A stretch of 56,046 nucleotides of DNA from a virus. Its lineage: Duplodnaviria > Caudoviricetes. Below the pieces are notes generated by a model. The model ran no database searches. It saw only the letters and a program-made list of their open reading frames with translations, and was not told the origin of the DNA. A program made the translations under genes and the position numbers. Below, piece by piece: positions 46,277-55,617 of the stretch (position 1 is its first letter; every line of letters begins with the position of its first letter). Location of the stretch: the IMG/VR virus record IMGVR_UViG_3300032281_000106, positions 1-56,046 of that record, one strand, 5' to 3'.

Positions 46277-47781
46277 AGGTCGAAGTATCTTTGCGTGCGT
46301 GGTGTGATGATGTGTAAGTTCTTCTTGGTTCTGGTGGCTGCAACGTAGAACACTCGAAGCTCGTCGTCTTGATTCTCTTGGTAGCCGATGTAGGTCTTAG
46401 GGCTCATGTCAGTGATGAGCAGCACGTTGTCTGCCTCGCCACCCTTGCTGCCATGGATCGTGCTGATGGTGATGCGGGGATCCCCTGACAAAGACTCACC
46501 TTGTCTTAAGGCCGCCAGGAAGTATTCCTTCTCCTCGTCGCTGATGCGGTCAAGGGCCACGTGCCAGATGGCTTTAGTCTGCAGCCCGTACTTCTCATGC
46601 AGCAGATCCATGTTGACCATGTCTTCTGTCAGCGTCTTCAAGGACAGATGGCCGTGATCGACCATCCGCTTTGACATGTGAGCATAGACCAGCTTCAACT
46701 GATCTGCTTGAATGAACTCACCCTTGCGAAGCTTCTCCCATGACCTGATGGCAAGCAACGCCTCAGACTTACGAGGGCTCATTCCTTGACACTCGTAGGC
46801 ATAACCCTCACGATGGCATAAGTCAACCAATTCCTTGAGCATATAGACATTCCTAGCAAGCAGGAGCCATGTTCCTTGGCCCATATCGACGTGCTCTATG
46901 TCGTTGTGGTATGTTATTGATCCTTGATGAGTAGCAGGTTTAAATGTTTTCTCACGACGCCGAGTGACTGATCTAATGATGTCAAAGCTGAGGTCGTGCA
47001 CAACCGCCGGTATTCGGTACGACTGGTCAAGAACCCGCACATCCCCATCCAAGGCGATGAAATGATCGATGTCAGCTCCTGCCCAGCGAAAGATTGCTTG
47101 GTCATCGTCTCCAGCGATGTAAGTTTCATCGGCCTTCTCCATCATTCTTTCAACTACCATCCATTGCAGCCTTGATAAGTCTTGTGCTTCATCCACTAGC
47201 AGAGCTTTTAACTTAGGCACGTGGCCTTCTGACCGCATCAACTCAAGCATGTCGGTGTAATCGATCAGGCCTTGGTTGTCCTTGTACTCTTTTAATGCCT
47301 TGCCAAACTGTTCCAGCTCAAACCAGCCAAGGTCATCGTCATTCAACTCTTCCCACTGCTGCTTAAGTGGCACGCACCGGATCCTTGCCATGCCCTCAAC
47401 GAAGCGCAGCTTATCGCCTTGCGCCATGCCAACCAGGGTTCCATCCTCACCAGTCTGGCGGCCCGTGATCTCAATGCCTAGCTCATCGCAAAGTTCTTGA
47501 TAGTGGTTGTGCTGCATGACCTGCTGCCTACTAAGTCCTAGCTGCCTGAACGCCAGGCTGTGGATCGTCCGGAAGAATGGCATCTGCTCGACAGCAAAGC
47601 CAAAGCGGGCCCGTGCCTTATCCCTGGCCTCTGTCGTAGCCTTCTTGGTAAAGCTGATGAAACCAATCTCATCAGGCTTAACACCCTTCTCCAGCAAAGA
47701 CTCGACGATGTTCATGAGCGTCGTGGTCTTGCCGGTTCCGGGCGGACCCAAGATGATGTTGGGCTTAGATGAGGCTGCCAT
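46273..47781 (-). CDS. UvrD/Rep-like SF1 helicase
   Basis: GPPGTGKT, TIHSLA, VDEAQD, GDDDQAIF.W.GA, TIHGSKGGEAD, FYVAATR; likely start MAASSK. Confidence 0.9.
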   Translation of the reverse strand: MAASSKPNIILGPPGTGKTTTLMNIVESLLEKGVKPDEIGFISFTKKATTEARDKARARFGFAVEQMPFFRTIHSLAFRQLGLSRQQVMQHNHYQELCDELGIEITGRQTGEDGTLVGMAQGDKLRFVEGMARIRCVPLKQQWEELNDDDLGWFELEQFGKALKEYKDNQGLIDYTDMLELMRSEGHVPKLKALLVDEAQDLSRLQWMVVERMMEKADETYIAGDDDQAIFRWAGADIDHFIALDGDVRVLDQSYRIPAVVHDLSFDIIRSVTRRREKTFKPATHQGSITYHNDIEHVDMGQGTWLLLARNVYMLKELVDLCHREGYAYECQGMSPRKSEALLAIRSWEKLRKGEFIQADQLKLVYAHMSKRMVDHGHLSLKTLTEDMVNMDLLHEKYGLQTKAIWHVALDRISDEEKEYFLAALRQGESLSGDPRITISTIHGSKGGEADNVLLITDMSPKTYIGYQENQDDELRVFYVAATRTKKNLHIITPRTQRYFDL

Positions 47782-49288
47782 TGTTAAAGTCAGGTGTCTG
47801 ATGGCCCTTGTCCTGGAAGGAGAAGGCAGGAACAGACCAGACAGTAGCTCGCTTACCGTTGAGCTTGTAGGTATGCGTCTCACCGCCATAGTCGCGGATG
47901 GCAGAACTTATCTGATTCAGCTTGAACTCCTTGAACTTCTGCTTGTCAAGGAAGTTGATGAAGTCTGCTAAGCGGAACAAGTGTCTGTTGTCATCACGGT
48001 CATGAAATGGTTTGCCAAGGAGGATCTCATCAAGATGCTTGGCTTGCGCCTTGCCTGTGCAATAACGTTCCAGCAGGTCGATGAACTGGCCTTTAGGACT
48101 TGCATCCTCAGGAGCCTCGATGATCACTACGTCTTGCAGCAGCGCTTGTATCATCTGATTCCATTGAGTCAGGTTCATCTTTGGCGGCATGTAATTCATT
48201 GCCTCCATGCAGCGCTTCTGGAAGCCTGCCTGATTCTGCAAGTCTTCCGTTGACAACGATAGTCGCATACCGTTGTCCATGTCAAGAAACCAGATGGGCG
48301 GCTCCGTGTTGTACTTGCTAAGTGATGATAGACGTGGCGTCCCTGATTGCTGGCCCACGCCAAACTTACGCATGCGGCACATACCAGCGTTGCAATTAGG
48401 TCGTAACGGTGGTCTGCTGCAGGTGTACTGGTAGTCGCTGTTCTGCATCGATTGAATGACCCCCATTGCTTCTGATTCAGGCAACGGAGGATCCATGATG
48501 TCTATGTTCATCTGCATGACCAAAGGCTGCCAGTCATCGGGTTTCATCTTCCTTGCCAAGACACACAGGTTGAACAATCCGTTGTTCCTAGTGCCCTCTG
48601 GGAACCCCGTTTGAGCCAGCTTCTCAATACATGGAGGAGCATCCTTGTAGGCTCGTTTTTTGCTCTTAGACTCTGCAAACTTCAGGCGCACGAAGTTAGC
48701 CCTTGTTAGCTTTAAACTTTCAGCATGAGCCAGGAAGTCATCGATCTTCATCGGGCTGCCGTTCTCAGCAACCCCGTATCTAGATGTTTGGTCGCCTTCA
48801 AAGTAAGGCATGTTGATCCAGTTGCCGACGTCACCGCGTTCAGACAACACTTGATCTTGTTTAGGAAAAATCTCGCAGCTTGGATGGCCGATCACAGTGG
48901 CCAGATCAGCAAGCTTTCGTTTGACATCAGCAGCCGGTATGGGCTCGCTGAAAAACATGTAGATGTGCGCACCGCCCGACTTACTTCGGCAAACTACAAC
49001 CGGAGCCTTAGCCTTTGCGCAAACGTCAACAGCATCTTTAAGGTCAAAATTCTTATATTCATCAATGTCAATCGCACCAAAGAGGCATGTGTTGTCCTCT
49101 CTGATTGGCACAATACCGATTCCCTTTGTTCCTGCTAGGTGCGCATCCCATAGCTGCTCCGTTACCGGCGCCCTCTTTGTGATTGCTGTCCCCTGAACCT
49201 TCAGACCGGTATTCTTGCCATCGATGTCATAGGTCCCGTAAGCACCCGTGTGCCCGGAATATAGCGCCATGAATCTTTGTGCAAGCAT
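47765..49288 (-). CDS. AEP-type primase with PriCT-like domain
   Basis: GAIDID, RSKSGGAH, EIFPKQ, GNWINMPY; PPC...EGTRNNGLF. Confidence 0.8.
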   Translation of the reverse strand: MLAQRFMALYSGHTGAYGTYDIDGKNTGLKVQGTAITKRAPVTEQLWDAHLAGTKGIGIVPIREDNTCLFGAIDIDEYKNFDLKDAVDVCAKAKAPVVVCRSKSGGAHIYMFFSEPIPAADVKRKLADLATVIGHPSCEIFPKQDQVLSERGDVGNWINMPYFEGDQTSRYGVAENGSPMKIDDFLAHAESLKLTRANFVRLKFAESKSKKRAYKDAPPCIEKLAQTGFPEGTRNNGLFNLCVLARKMKPDDWQPLVMQMNIDIMDPPLPESEAMGVIQSMQNSDYQYTCSRPPLRPNCNAGMCRMRKFGVGQQSGTPRLSSLSKYNTEPPIWFLDMDNGMRLSLSTEDLQNQAGFQKRCMEAMNYMPPKMNLTQWNQMIQALLQDVVIIEAPEDASPKGQFIDLLERYCTGKAQAKHLDEILLGKPFHDRDDNRHLFRLADFINFLDKQKFKEFKLNQISSAIRDYGGETHTYKLNGKRATVWSVPAFSFQDKGHQTPDFNNGSLI

Positions 49289-49311
49289 AATTCTTTCTCG
49301 TTGTTGTTGAT

Positions 49312-49335
49312 GGGGGAGCGGCCGAAGCCGCCCCT
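49312..49335 (-). other. Intergenic cUUCGg hairpin
   Basis: GCGGC-TTCG-GCCGC core after the 49339 stop, no U-tract. Confidence 0.6.
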
Positions 49336-49338
49336 AAC

Positions 49339-49575
49339 TTAACCGCCCCGCGTCGCAGCTTTCAACGGACTATTTGTCACGTGATCCGTCTGCGCTGCCA
49401 CCTTGACCTTCTTCACGGCAGCGCGCTTAAAGGTTGACTTCTTAGCCTTACCTTTCATCGCGCCATCCTTGTGCTTACGGCCAGGGCCTTTTTTAGTAGC
49501 ACTTGGATTCCGATCGTCTGTCTTGCCAAGGTTCATACCAAGGCTGGGGAAAATATCCTTAATAAGGGACATCAT
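49339..49575 (-). CDS. Small Lys-rich hypothetical protein
   Basis: ~78 aa, ATKKGPGRKHK. Confidence 0.5.
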   Translation of the reverse strand: MMSLIKDIFPSLGMNLGKTDDRNPSATKKGPGRKHKDGAMKGKAKKSTFKRAAVKKVKVAAQTDHVTNSPLKAATRGG

Positions 49576-50329
49576 CTTCCCCTGCGGCCGGTGCATCAGC
49601 TGGCGGCTCAGCAACTTTCACAAGTCCTGCAGTCACGTCTTGACCAAACTTCTTGGCTGCGTCATAGATGCCGCGATCTTGCACCATCGCCGGATCATTG
49701 ATCAGCCAGCCATACCAACTGTTTGCGTCCTTAGTCTCCATGCCGGTTCCCAAGTGGTAGCTGTGGCTAAACGGTGGAGGTGTGAACGACTTGTCGCCAA
49801 CCTTGACTTGCAAGGCCATCATCTGACCAAGCCAGCGGCGTGACTTCTTCAACTGCGTTGAAGACATAGCGATCAAGGCGCGTTCAAAGCCGCCATCAGA
49901 CAACACCAAAACGTAGTGATAGGCTGTAGTGACAATCAGGTTGCCATTGGCCAACACATCTTGGTTGCGTTCGTTCTTCTTGGTCTTCTCGAGGATCTTC
50001 TCGTCAGTCCACTCTTTGACCAAACCGCCACCAGCTTCGCGAGGAGTCCACTCGACGTAGCTCTTCTTGAAAGCGCAAGGGATGACGCGGACTTCTTTCA
50101 TCAACTGGCCTGTTACGGTGTTGATAATCAAGCCCTCTTCAGCACCAGCAACTTTGGTGACTCCACGAAGTTCAGGCGATAAAGCCTGCAGCACCTTGAG
50201 GTACGGGATAGCGACATCGTTTGCTGACACGTTCTCGAAACCGAGACCAGCGTCTGCCATCATGTCGTCTGCAAATGCCACAAGGGCGGTCGGCTGCTGT
50301 ACAGCCACTTCAGTTTTCTTAACCATCAC
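49559..50329 (-). CDS. Putative single-stranded DNA-binding protein
   Basis: IPYLKVLQALSPE, YVEWTPR..GGG, MSSTQLKKSRRW; acidic tail EDDVPY. Confidence 0.6.
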   Translation of the reverse strand: MMVKKTEVAVQQPTALVAFADDMMADAGLGFENVSANDVAIPYLKVLQALSPELRGVTKVAGAEEGLIINTVTGQLMKEVRVIPCAFKKSYVEWTPREAGGGLVKEWTDEKILEKTKKNERNQDVLANGNLIVTTAYHYVLVLSDGGFERALIAMSSTQLKKSRRWLGQMMALQVKVGDKSFTPPPFSHSYHLGTGMETKDANSWYGWLINDPAMVQDRGIYDAAKKFGQDVTAGLVKVAEPPADAPAAGEDDVPY

Positions 50330-50874
50330 TTACTCCTTTTGATTTTGGCGATTTGGCCGATATACACGTTGAAAAGTTCAAGGGGAAATTCGGCTCCGCT
50401 TTCCACTTGCTCTTTGACGAATGCTGTCAAAGTCTGAGGATGAACACCCATCTTGCCAGAATAGTCCAGACCCTGCTCATCCAGCTGGGCTTTAAACTCT
50501 TCGGCTTTCTCGTGCTCACCGCGATTGAATGTCAGGACGACTTCGTCTTTAATCAGCGCCTCGTGGCCATTGTCTTGCAACCAGCCAAAGCACTCATCAC
50601 GTTTCTCGTCACTGATCTTGGCGCTGTAGTACGGTTTGACGGTCACTTCACTACCGTCTGTAAGCGTAAACTTAGCAACACCAACTTCTGCCATGGCATC
50701 GGGCAACTGCTTCTCAGCGATCTCCCTAGCCTGTTCCTTTAAGATCTTCAGACGCGTTTCCGTGTCTTTAATCTCTTCATCAAGATCTGTGTAGCGCTCT
50801 GCAAGCGTACTGATCTTGCCTAAGCCTTGATCAGATGGCATCTGACTGTCGGCCAACATCTCATGTTCAAGCAT
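50326..50874 (-). CDS. Conserved replication-module protein
   Basis: LPDAM.E.G...TLTDG, WL..NGH..LIK, VHPQTL.AFVKE; start MLEHEM after AGGAG. Confidence 0.7.
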   Translation of the reverse strand: MLEHEMLADSQMPSDQGLGKISTLAERYTDLDEEIKDTETRLKILKEQAREIAEKQLPDAMAEVGVAKFTLTDGSEVTVKPYYSAKISDEKRDECFGWLQDNGHEALIKDEVVLTFNRGEHEKAEEFKAQLDEQGLDYSGKMGVHPQTLTAFVKEQVESGAEFPLELFNVYIGQIAKIKRSK

Positions 50875-51184
50875 TTCTGACTCCTGTAAGGTCCGCCTCA
50901 AGGGCGTAGTAACGATGCTCCTGGCGATCCCATTTCAGCATCTTGATCTTGCCACTGTTAAAGCCAGCAGCAATTGCGACGGACATACCAATGGCAATGG
51001 GGTCACCAATAGCCAGTAGAAAATCGCTGTCCGAAAAACTCCTAAGCTTGTCACGTAGGACGCGGATGGTTGGCGCAGTGGCCATCATCACTTGACCTGG
51101 TGGCAGCAATGTTTGTAGATCACCGTATTCCGCTGCAGGCAGCAGGTTAAACTTCGGCGATTCTTGTACGACATAGACTGTCAT
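50867..51184 (-). CDS. Hypothetical protein
   Basis: MTVYVVQE...A.EYG, DFLL.IGDP, LKWDRQ..RY. Confidence 0.7.
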   Translation of the reverse strand: MTVYVVQESPKFNLLPAAEYGDLQTLLPPGQVMMATAPTIRVLRDKLRSFSDSDFLLAIGDPIAIGMSVAIAAGFNSGKIKMLKWDRQEHRYYALEADLTGVRNA

Positions 51185-51588
51185 TGTTTTCCTCCAACTT
51201 GTGCATGACGAACGACATACTCGGTGCAAAAAGGTGGCACGTTAAAAAGCAGGTTGTTCATGTTCTCCCAATCAAATGGCTTTGTACATGACCAGACCTC
51301 AAAGAGATCCATCTCTCGCTGAATCTGGAGTACCTTTAGGACATTTTCGTTGCGAGCGAGTACGAATACACGTCCTCCACTTTCCTGACGCTTACGGTGC
51401 CATAGGATCTGTTCTGGACGTAACTCGCAGTGGCCCTTGGCATCCAATACTTTTAACTCTAGCCAAAGCTCGCTGCCCTCATGGCACATGTTCACGTCAG
51501 GAGTTCCTCTTGTCAAGGCGTTCTCAACGCGTTCCACGTGGCCTGGCAGCTTGCCTTTGACCAGAGCCCAAAACTGGCTCTCTTTCAT
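51181..51588 (-). CDS. PD-(D/E)xK nuclease (VRR-NUC/resolvase-like)
   Basis: MKESQFW..RVEN...GTPDV...WLELK...LRPEQ..W. Confidence 0.75.
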   Translation of the reverse strand: MKESQFWALVKGKLPGHVERVENALTRGTPDVNMCHEGSELWLELKVLDAKGHCELRPEQILWHRKRQESGGRVFVLARNENVLKVLQIQREMDLFEVWSCTKPFDWENMNNLLFNVPPFCTEYVVRHAQVGGKQ

Positions 51589-53447
51589 AACTTCACCTCC
51601 ACTGCTTCTCCCCAATTGGGCCCAAGCTCGCAATCTACTTTCAATGGCACGACTAAGTCCACGCATGTCAACATCTCCTGACGAATCATTCGGGCATGAT
51701 CTAAGTCCCGTACACTGAAGTCCAATTCATCGTGGATAGTCAGATGAGGGACTTCGCCTTTTTTAAACAAGTTGATCATGGCCATCTTGATCATGTCTGC
51801 TGATGACCCCTGGATCACAGCATTCATCGCCTTGTGAACAAAGTAACGCTTCAGAGGCAAACCATACTTATCTTCGGCCAGATCTTTCTTGAGTGGAATT
51901 AGACCTGGGCTGTACTTAGGTGGCCCAAACAACTGGAACCTTCGGCGGCGTCCTAAGAACGTCTTAACATAGCCACGGTTAGTCGCAATCCGCGTGCATT
52001 CCTCGCCAAGAGCCTTAATGAATGGCACGTTGGCATGGTATTGCTCGTAGACGCGTTTGGCTTCTGCTGGTGGCAAACCCAGTTGAGTTGCAGCCTTAGC
52101 AGCACCCATACCATAGGCCAATCCAAGGTTCAACGTCTTCGCGTTCTTTCGAGTGATTCCAGCCATGTCTGCAACCAGTTGATGGTAGTCAGTATCAGGA
52201 TCGTCCAGGTACCTATTGCGCGCAGTCTCAGCCCCAGGGAAATTTCGTAAGTAGCTGTAGTGAACCGTGACACGAGGCTCTTGTTGCGAGTAGTCAAAAA
52301 CTCCCCATTGGCAACCTTCTTCTGGTACAAAGATGCTTCTGATAAGAGGCGCCAGCACCGGATCTCTTGCAGGTACCTGCTGCATGTTTGGATTAGCCGA
52401 CGCAAAACGGCCAGATTTAGTTCCGCCACGATCGTCGCGAACCTGTCGAAAGGTCGGGTAAATTTTGCCATCTTTTTCCATCTGAATGATCTTGCTATCG
52501 ATAAATACTCCACCGGCCCGGTCAAGCTTCCGGACCTTCGAAATTAAGGAGAAAAATTCATGTTCACTAGCTTCAAGAAACTCACTGGGAAAACTAGCAT
52601 TCCCCTTTTCAGTCTTTGGGTAATCCAGCTTCAATGCGTCACTGGCTGCCTGTATATCATCACCAGACCAGATGTCTATGTCCCGCTCAGCAACCTTCTT
52701 CAGTTGCTCCATGAGCTGGCCTTGCTCATCAAGTAGTTGAGCCTTGACTTTGTGGGCGCGATCAAGGTCCACAGGAACGCCACGTTGACGCATGGCAACC
52801 AGTACGTCGACCAATTGCGTCTCGATGTCAAAGACTTCCCACAGCTTCTCGTCGTGCAGCAAGACTTCTTGTTGGGCAAAGATGCGAATGGGCAAGTCTG
52901 CGTCCTTGCGTCCGTAAGGTGCCACCTCACTTGCGTGAAATTGCCAAAGGTTTTCCTTGACCTTACTTGGATGGATGCCGCGCCTGACCGCTGCTGCAAT
53001 CAATGCCGTCTCGTCTTTGTGTTCTCCAAGGTAGGCTTCTGCAAGAGCATCAAGCCTATAGGTAATGCGATCCTCGTCAAGCAAAGGTTCTGCGATCTGC
53101 ACGTCATACTTAGCGCCTCCGACTTTGACATTCTCTGTCAGCAACCATTCCAAGTCGTAGGGCAAATTCGCGCCCACCTTTGGAATGTCTGTCTTCAGCA
53201 TGTCACGAAGCCAAGCAAACGCATTGTCAGGGTTTAGGTTTCCACCTGCTGCATGGCGCACCGGGTAGTACTCAGCAAAGCCATCATCTGTAGCAACAGA
53301 GAATCCAACGATATAGCCGTCTTTTCTTACGCCACCAGGACCTTTAGTCATTAAGTTCGGGTCGCGCGTCTCGCAATCGATAGCTATGCGCTTTGCTAAC
53401 AGCAGGTTGGGAAAGTGCTTCGGCGGTTGATATGATGATTCGTCCAT
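51585..53447 (-). CDS. polA: Family A DNA polymerase with 3'-5' exonuclease
   Basis: AIDCET (ExoI), N..YD, SGRFAS.NPNMQQVP, DYSQQEPR (A), KTLNLGLAYG (B), IHDEL (C). Confidence 0.95.
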   Translation of the reverse strand: MDESSYQPPKHFPNLLLAKRIAIDCETRDPNLMTKGPGGVRKDGYIVGFSVATDDGFAEYYPVRHAAGGNLNPDNAFAWLRDMLKTDIPKVGANLPYDLEWLLTENVKVGGAKYDVQIAEPLLDEDRITYRLDALAEAYLGEHKDETALIAAAVRRGIHPSKVKENLWQFHASEVAPYGRKDADLPIRIFAQQEVLLHDEKLWEVFDIETQLVDVLVAMRQRGVPVDLDRAHKVKAQLLDEQGQLMEQLKKVAERDIDIWSGDDIQAASDALKLDYPKTEKGNASFPSEFLEASEHEFFSLISKVRKLDRAGGVFIDSKIIQMEKDGKIYPTFRQVRDDRGGTKSGRFASANPNMQQVPARDPVLAPLIRSIFVPEEGCQWGVFDYSQQEPRVTVHYSYLRNFPGAETARNRYLDDPDTDYHQLVADMAGITRKNAKTLNLGLAYGMGAAKAATQLGLPPAEAKRVYEQYHANVPFIKALGEECTRIATNRGYVKTFLGRRRRFQLFGPPKYSPGLIPLKKDLAEDKYGLPLKRYFVHKAMNAVIQGSSADMIKMAMINLFKKGEVPHLTIHDELDFSVRDLDHARMIRQEMLTCVDLVVPLKVDCELGPNWGEAVEVKL

Positions 53448-53841
53448 TTTTTATCCAGAGTTGTTTTGCTTCTTGATGGGGATATTCCGCAGCGTAAACA
53501 ATGCGTTTGCAGCCTGTGTTTAGAAGCAGCTTCATACACGTCATGCAAGGCAATAAGGTTACATAAGCCGTGTCTATAGCTTCCACGTCTTTACACTGGA
53601 GGAGCGCGTTTTGTTCCGCATGAATAGCTTCACATACATCCAGGCCAGTCCCCGAAGGCAGAGCAGCACCGGGACAGCGAACGTCAATGCAATGAGTATG
53701 ACCGCGAGGCACCCCGTTATAACCAGTACTGAGAATATGCCCACGAGCAGATATGAAAACGCAGCCCACACTCCGCCTAGCGCAAGTGGCTCTTCGAGCA
53801 ACGAGTAAAGCCAATTCCGAAAAGTATTCATCTCTATTCAT
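53344..53841 (-). CDS. dCMP deaminase family protein
   Basis: C.RR.VG, TGYNG, HAEQNA, PCMTC; start MNRDEYF (ATGA overlap). Confidence 0.9.
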   Translation of the reverse strand: MNRDEYFSELALLVARRATCARRSVGCVFISARGHILSTGYNGVPRGHTHCIDVRCPGAALPSGTGLDVCEAIHAEQNALLQCKDVEAIDTAYVTLLPCMTCMKLLLNTGCKRIVYAAEYPHQEAKQLWIKNGRIIISTAEALSQPAVSKAHSYRLRDARPELND

Positions 53842-54632
53842 CCTTTCCATGTTGATAATTCCTTTAGAAAACCGTTGTGCACATGGCCATGAGCCAGCGT
53901 CCACAGATGATTGACAAGGTGGTCGTAGTCATTGAAGTAATCAAGATCAATAGGCTCATAATCGCCGAGGATCTCGCCATTCAAGCAAGCATCAACCTTG
54001 TACCAGTTGTCTTCGTACAGGTGCTGGCTTGCTGCATAGAAGTGCAACGAGCCAAGCCGAACATTTACACCTTTCTCACGCAGCAACAAAGCTACGCCAG
54101 CTGACAGCATACTAAAGTTGAACCAGTCGTAAGGTACGCCAAGCCAAGCATCAGAGGAACGCATGTTCATGAAGCAATGGATCCTGCCATTGCGAATGAC
54201 AAACTGGCAACTGATGGTACATGGGATGTCTTTTGAAGCACGAGGGTTTGGCCGCCAAATGGTAATGACAGCTTGACGAGAGTCAGGATCTTCGAGTAAG
54301 GCTTGAAGTACATGGCCCAGTTGGTCGCGTATCCTTGGGCCGTAGGCTCCAAAGAAGAGGATGCCGTCATCAGAAAAGTTGCTGATTGCTTTACTAAACG
54401 GGGCGATTGTGCTGACGCGGTTATCGCCTGACATGATCCAAGCTGCCTCAGCAGCCATAAACTTGTAGCCAAGATTGCGCTCCTTGATAGTGATGACAGG
54501 CTGGTTCATGTCGATCATCGACTTCATGCCCATCAGTTCTTTTGTCTTTTTGCCTCTTGGGCTTGTTTCAATGCCAGCGTTCATGATGACATCAAGCAAG
54601 CCTTGCCAGTTCATGTTTGTCGTATTAACCAT
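53838..54632 (-). CDS. Thymidylate synthase-family enzyme, probably dCMP (hydroxy)methylase-like
   Basis: AYGPR, DSRQA, DIPCT, MRSSDAWLGVPYD, SQHLY. Confidence 0.85.
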   Translation of the reverse strand: MVNTTNMNWQGLLDVIMNAGIETSPRGKKTKELMGMKSMIDMNQPVITIKERNLGYKFMAAEAAWIMSGDNRVSTIAPFSKAISNFSDDGILFFGAYGPRIRDQLGHVLQALLEDPDSRQAVITIWRPNPRASKDIPCTISCQFVIRNGRIHCFMNMRSSDAWLGVPYDWFNFSMLSAGVALLLREKGVNVRLGSLHFYAASQHLYEDNWYKVDACLNGEILGDYEPIDLDYFNDYDHLVNHLWTLAHGHVHNGFLKELSTWKG

Positions 54633-55617
54633 TTATGGCCTCCCTAAGTTCTTGAAGAAACTCAGCGCGTTTGTTGAAGCGCTTTGCATAAGATGGATGC
54701 ATGACCTTGCAGATCCTGCGTGTGAATTCAGTCATGGTACCAAAGGCACCATTGCCAAGGCAGATGACCTTCATGTAAGGCTTAGCGCGCAAGCAATCAT
54801 TGACGTACAACGGGCCATTGCCATCATGCGCATTGATGTAGACAGCGCGTGTCTCATCAAAGTTAAGCTCATGCAACGCGTCTGCAAAGAACTCGCTGCA
54901 ATTAGCAAAGTCGTAGAAGGGCCAGCTGACTGCACGCATCTTGCTGTTAGCCTTATCGCCAACAAAGATGATCTTTGCTTCATGCAAGTGACCTGCAAAG
55001 TTTTTAGTGTGCAGATGCAAAGCTGGTTCATACTGCTTCATCCAGCGTGATTCGAGGACAGAATAGATCATGCCAATGTAGACATCAAGATTGCGTCCTT
55101 CGACGTCATACCTGTAAGGCAGCACGTCATCACGGCGGCGCATACCAAAGACAGACAGTTGCTGAACATAGTCGCGATCATGGCCAGGAAAGCCACCTTC
55201 AAACAACATGTCAAAGCGTTCACGTACACGATCGACGTTGTCGTACATCTCGTCGCGTTCTGACTTCAGCTGCTCAAACTTTTCTGCATGGTTAGCTGGT
55301 GATTGAGCCAAGATGTAGACACCACCGACTTTGCGGATAATGCGATCCATCGTGCGACCCATGTGAGGCCAAGGGCTGCCACCACGATACACGTCTGCAT
55401 AGATGGCTTCACTCATCCACAAACGATCAATGACCACAAGCCTTGTACGTGCAAGCTTTAATGCACGATGAAGCGCGGCTGTATGGTACAGCGGCATCTT
55501 AGTTGGCCAGCGGTATGTGTTGTGAATGTAGACACCATCAAAACGATCGCAAATAGCTTTAGCAAGCGTAGTCTTGCCTGTTCCATCACAACCATCGATG
55601 ACAATAATGCCTTTCAT
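54625..55617 (-). CDS. dNMP kinase fused to uracil-DNA-glycosylase-like domain
   Basis: IDGCDGTGKTT and VIDR..SE.IY (dTMP-kinase-like); C-terminal IIFVGDK..WPF..YINA..VICLG..A..HPSY. Confidence 0.7.
   Translation of the reverse strand: MKGIIVIDGCDGTGKTTLAKAICDRFDGVYIHNTYRWPTKMPLYHTAALHRALKLARTRLVVIDRLWMSEAIYADVYRGGSPWPHMGRTMDRIIRKVGGVYILAQSPANHAEKFEQLKSERDEMYDNVDRVRERFDMLFEGGFPGHDRDYVQQLSVFGMRRRDDVLPYRYDVEGRNLDVYIGMIYSVLESRWMKQYEPALHLHTKNFAGHLHEAKIIFVGDKANSKMRAVSWPFYDFANCSEFFADALHELNFDETRAVYINAHDGNGPLYVNDCLRAKPYMKVICLGNGAFGTMTEFTRRICKVMHPSYAKRFNKRAEFLQELREAING

Noticed and set aside
53838-54632. Assigning the symbol thyA
   Set aside because: Asp replaces the dUMP-specifying Asn and Thr replaces the His after the catalytic Cys
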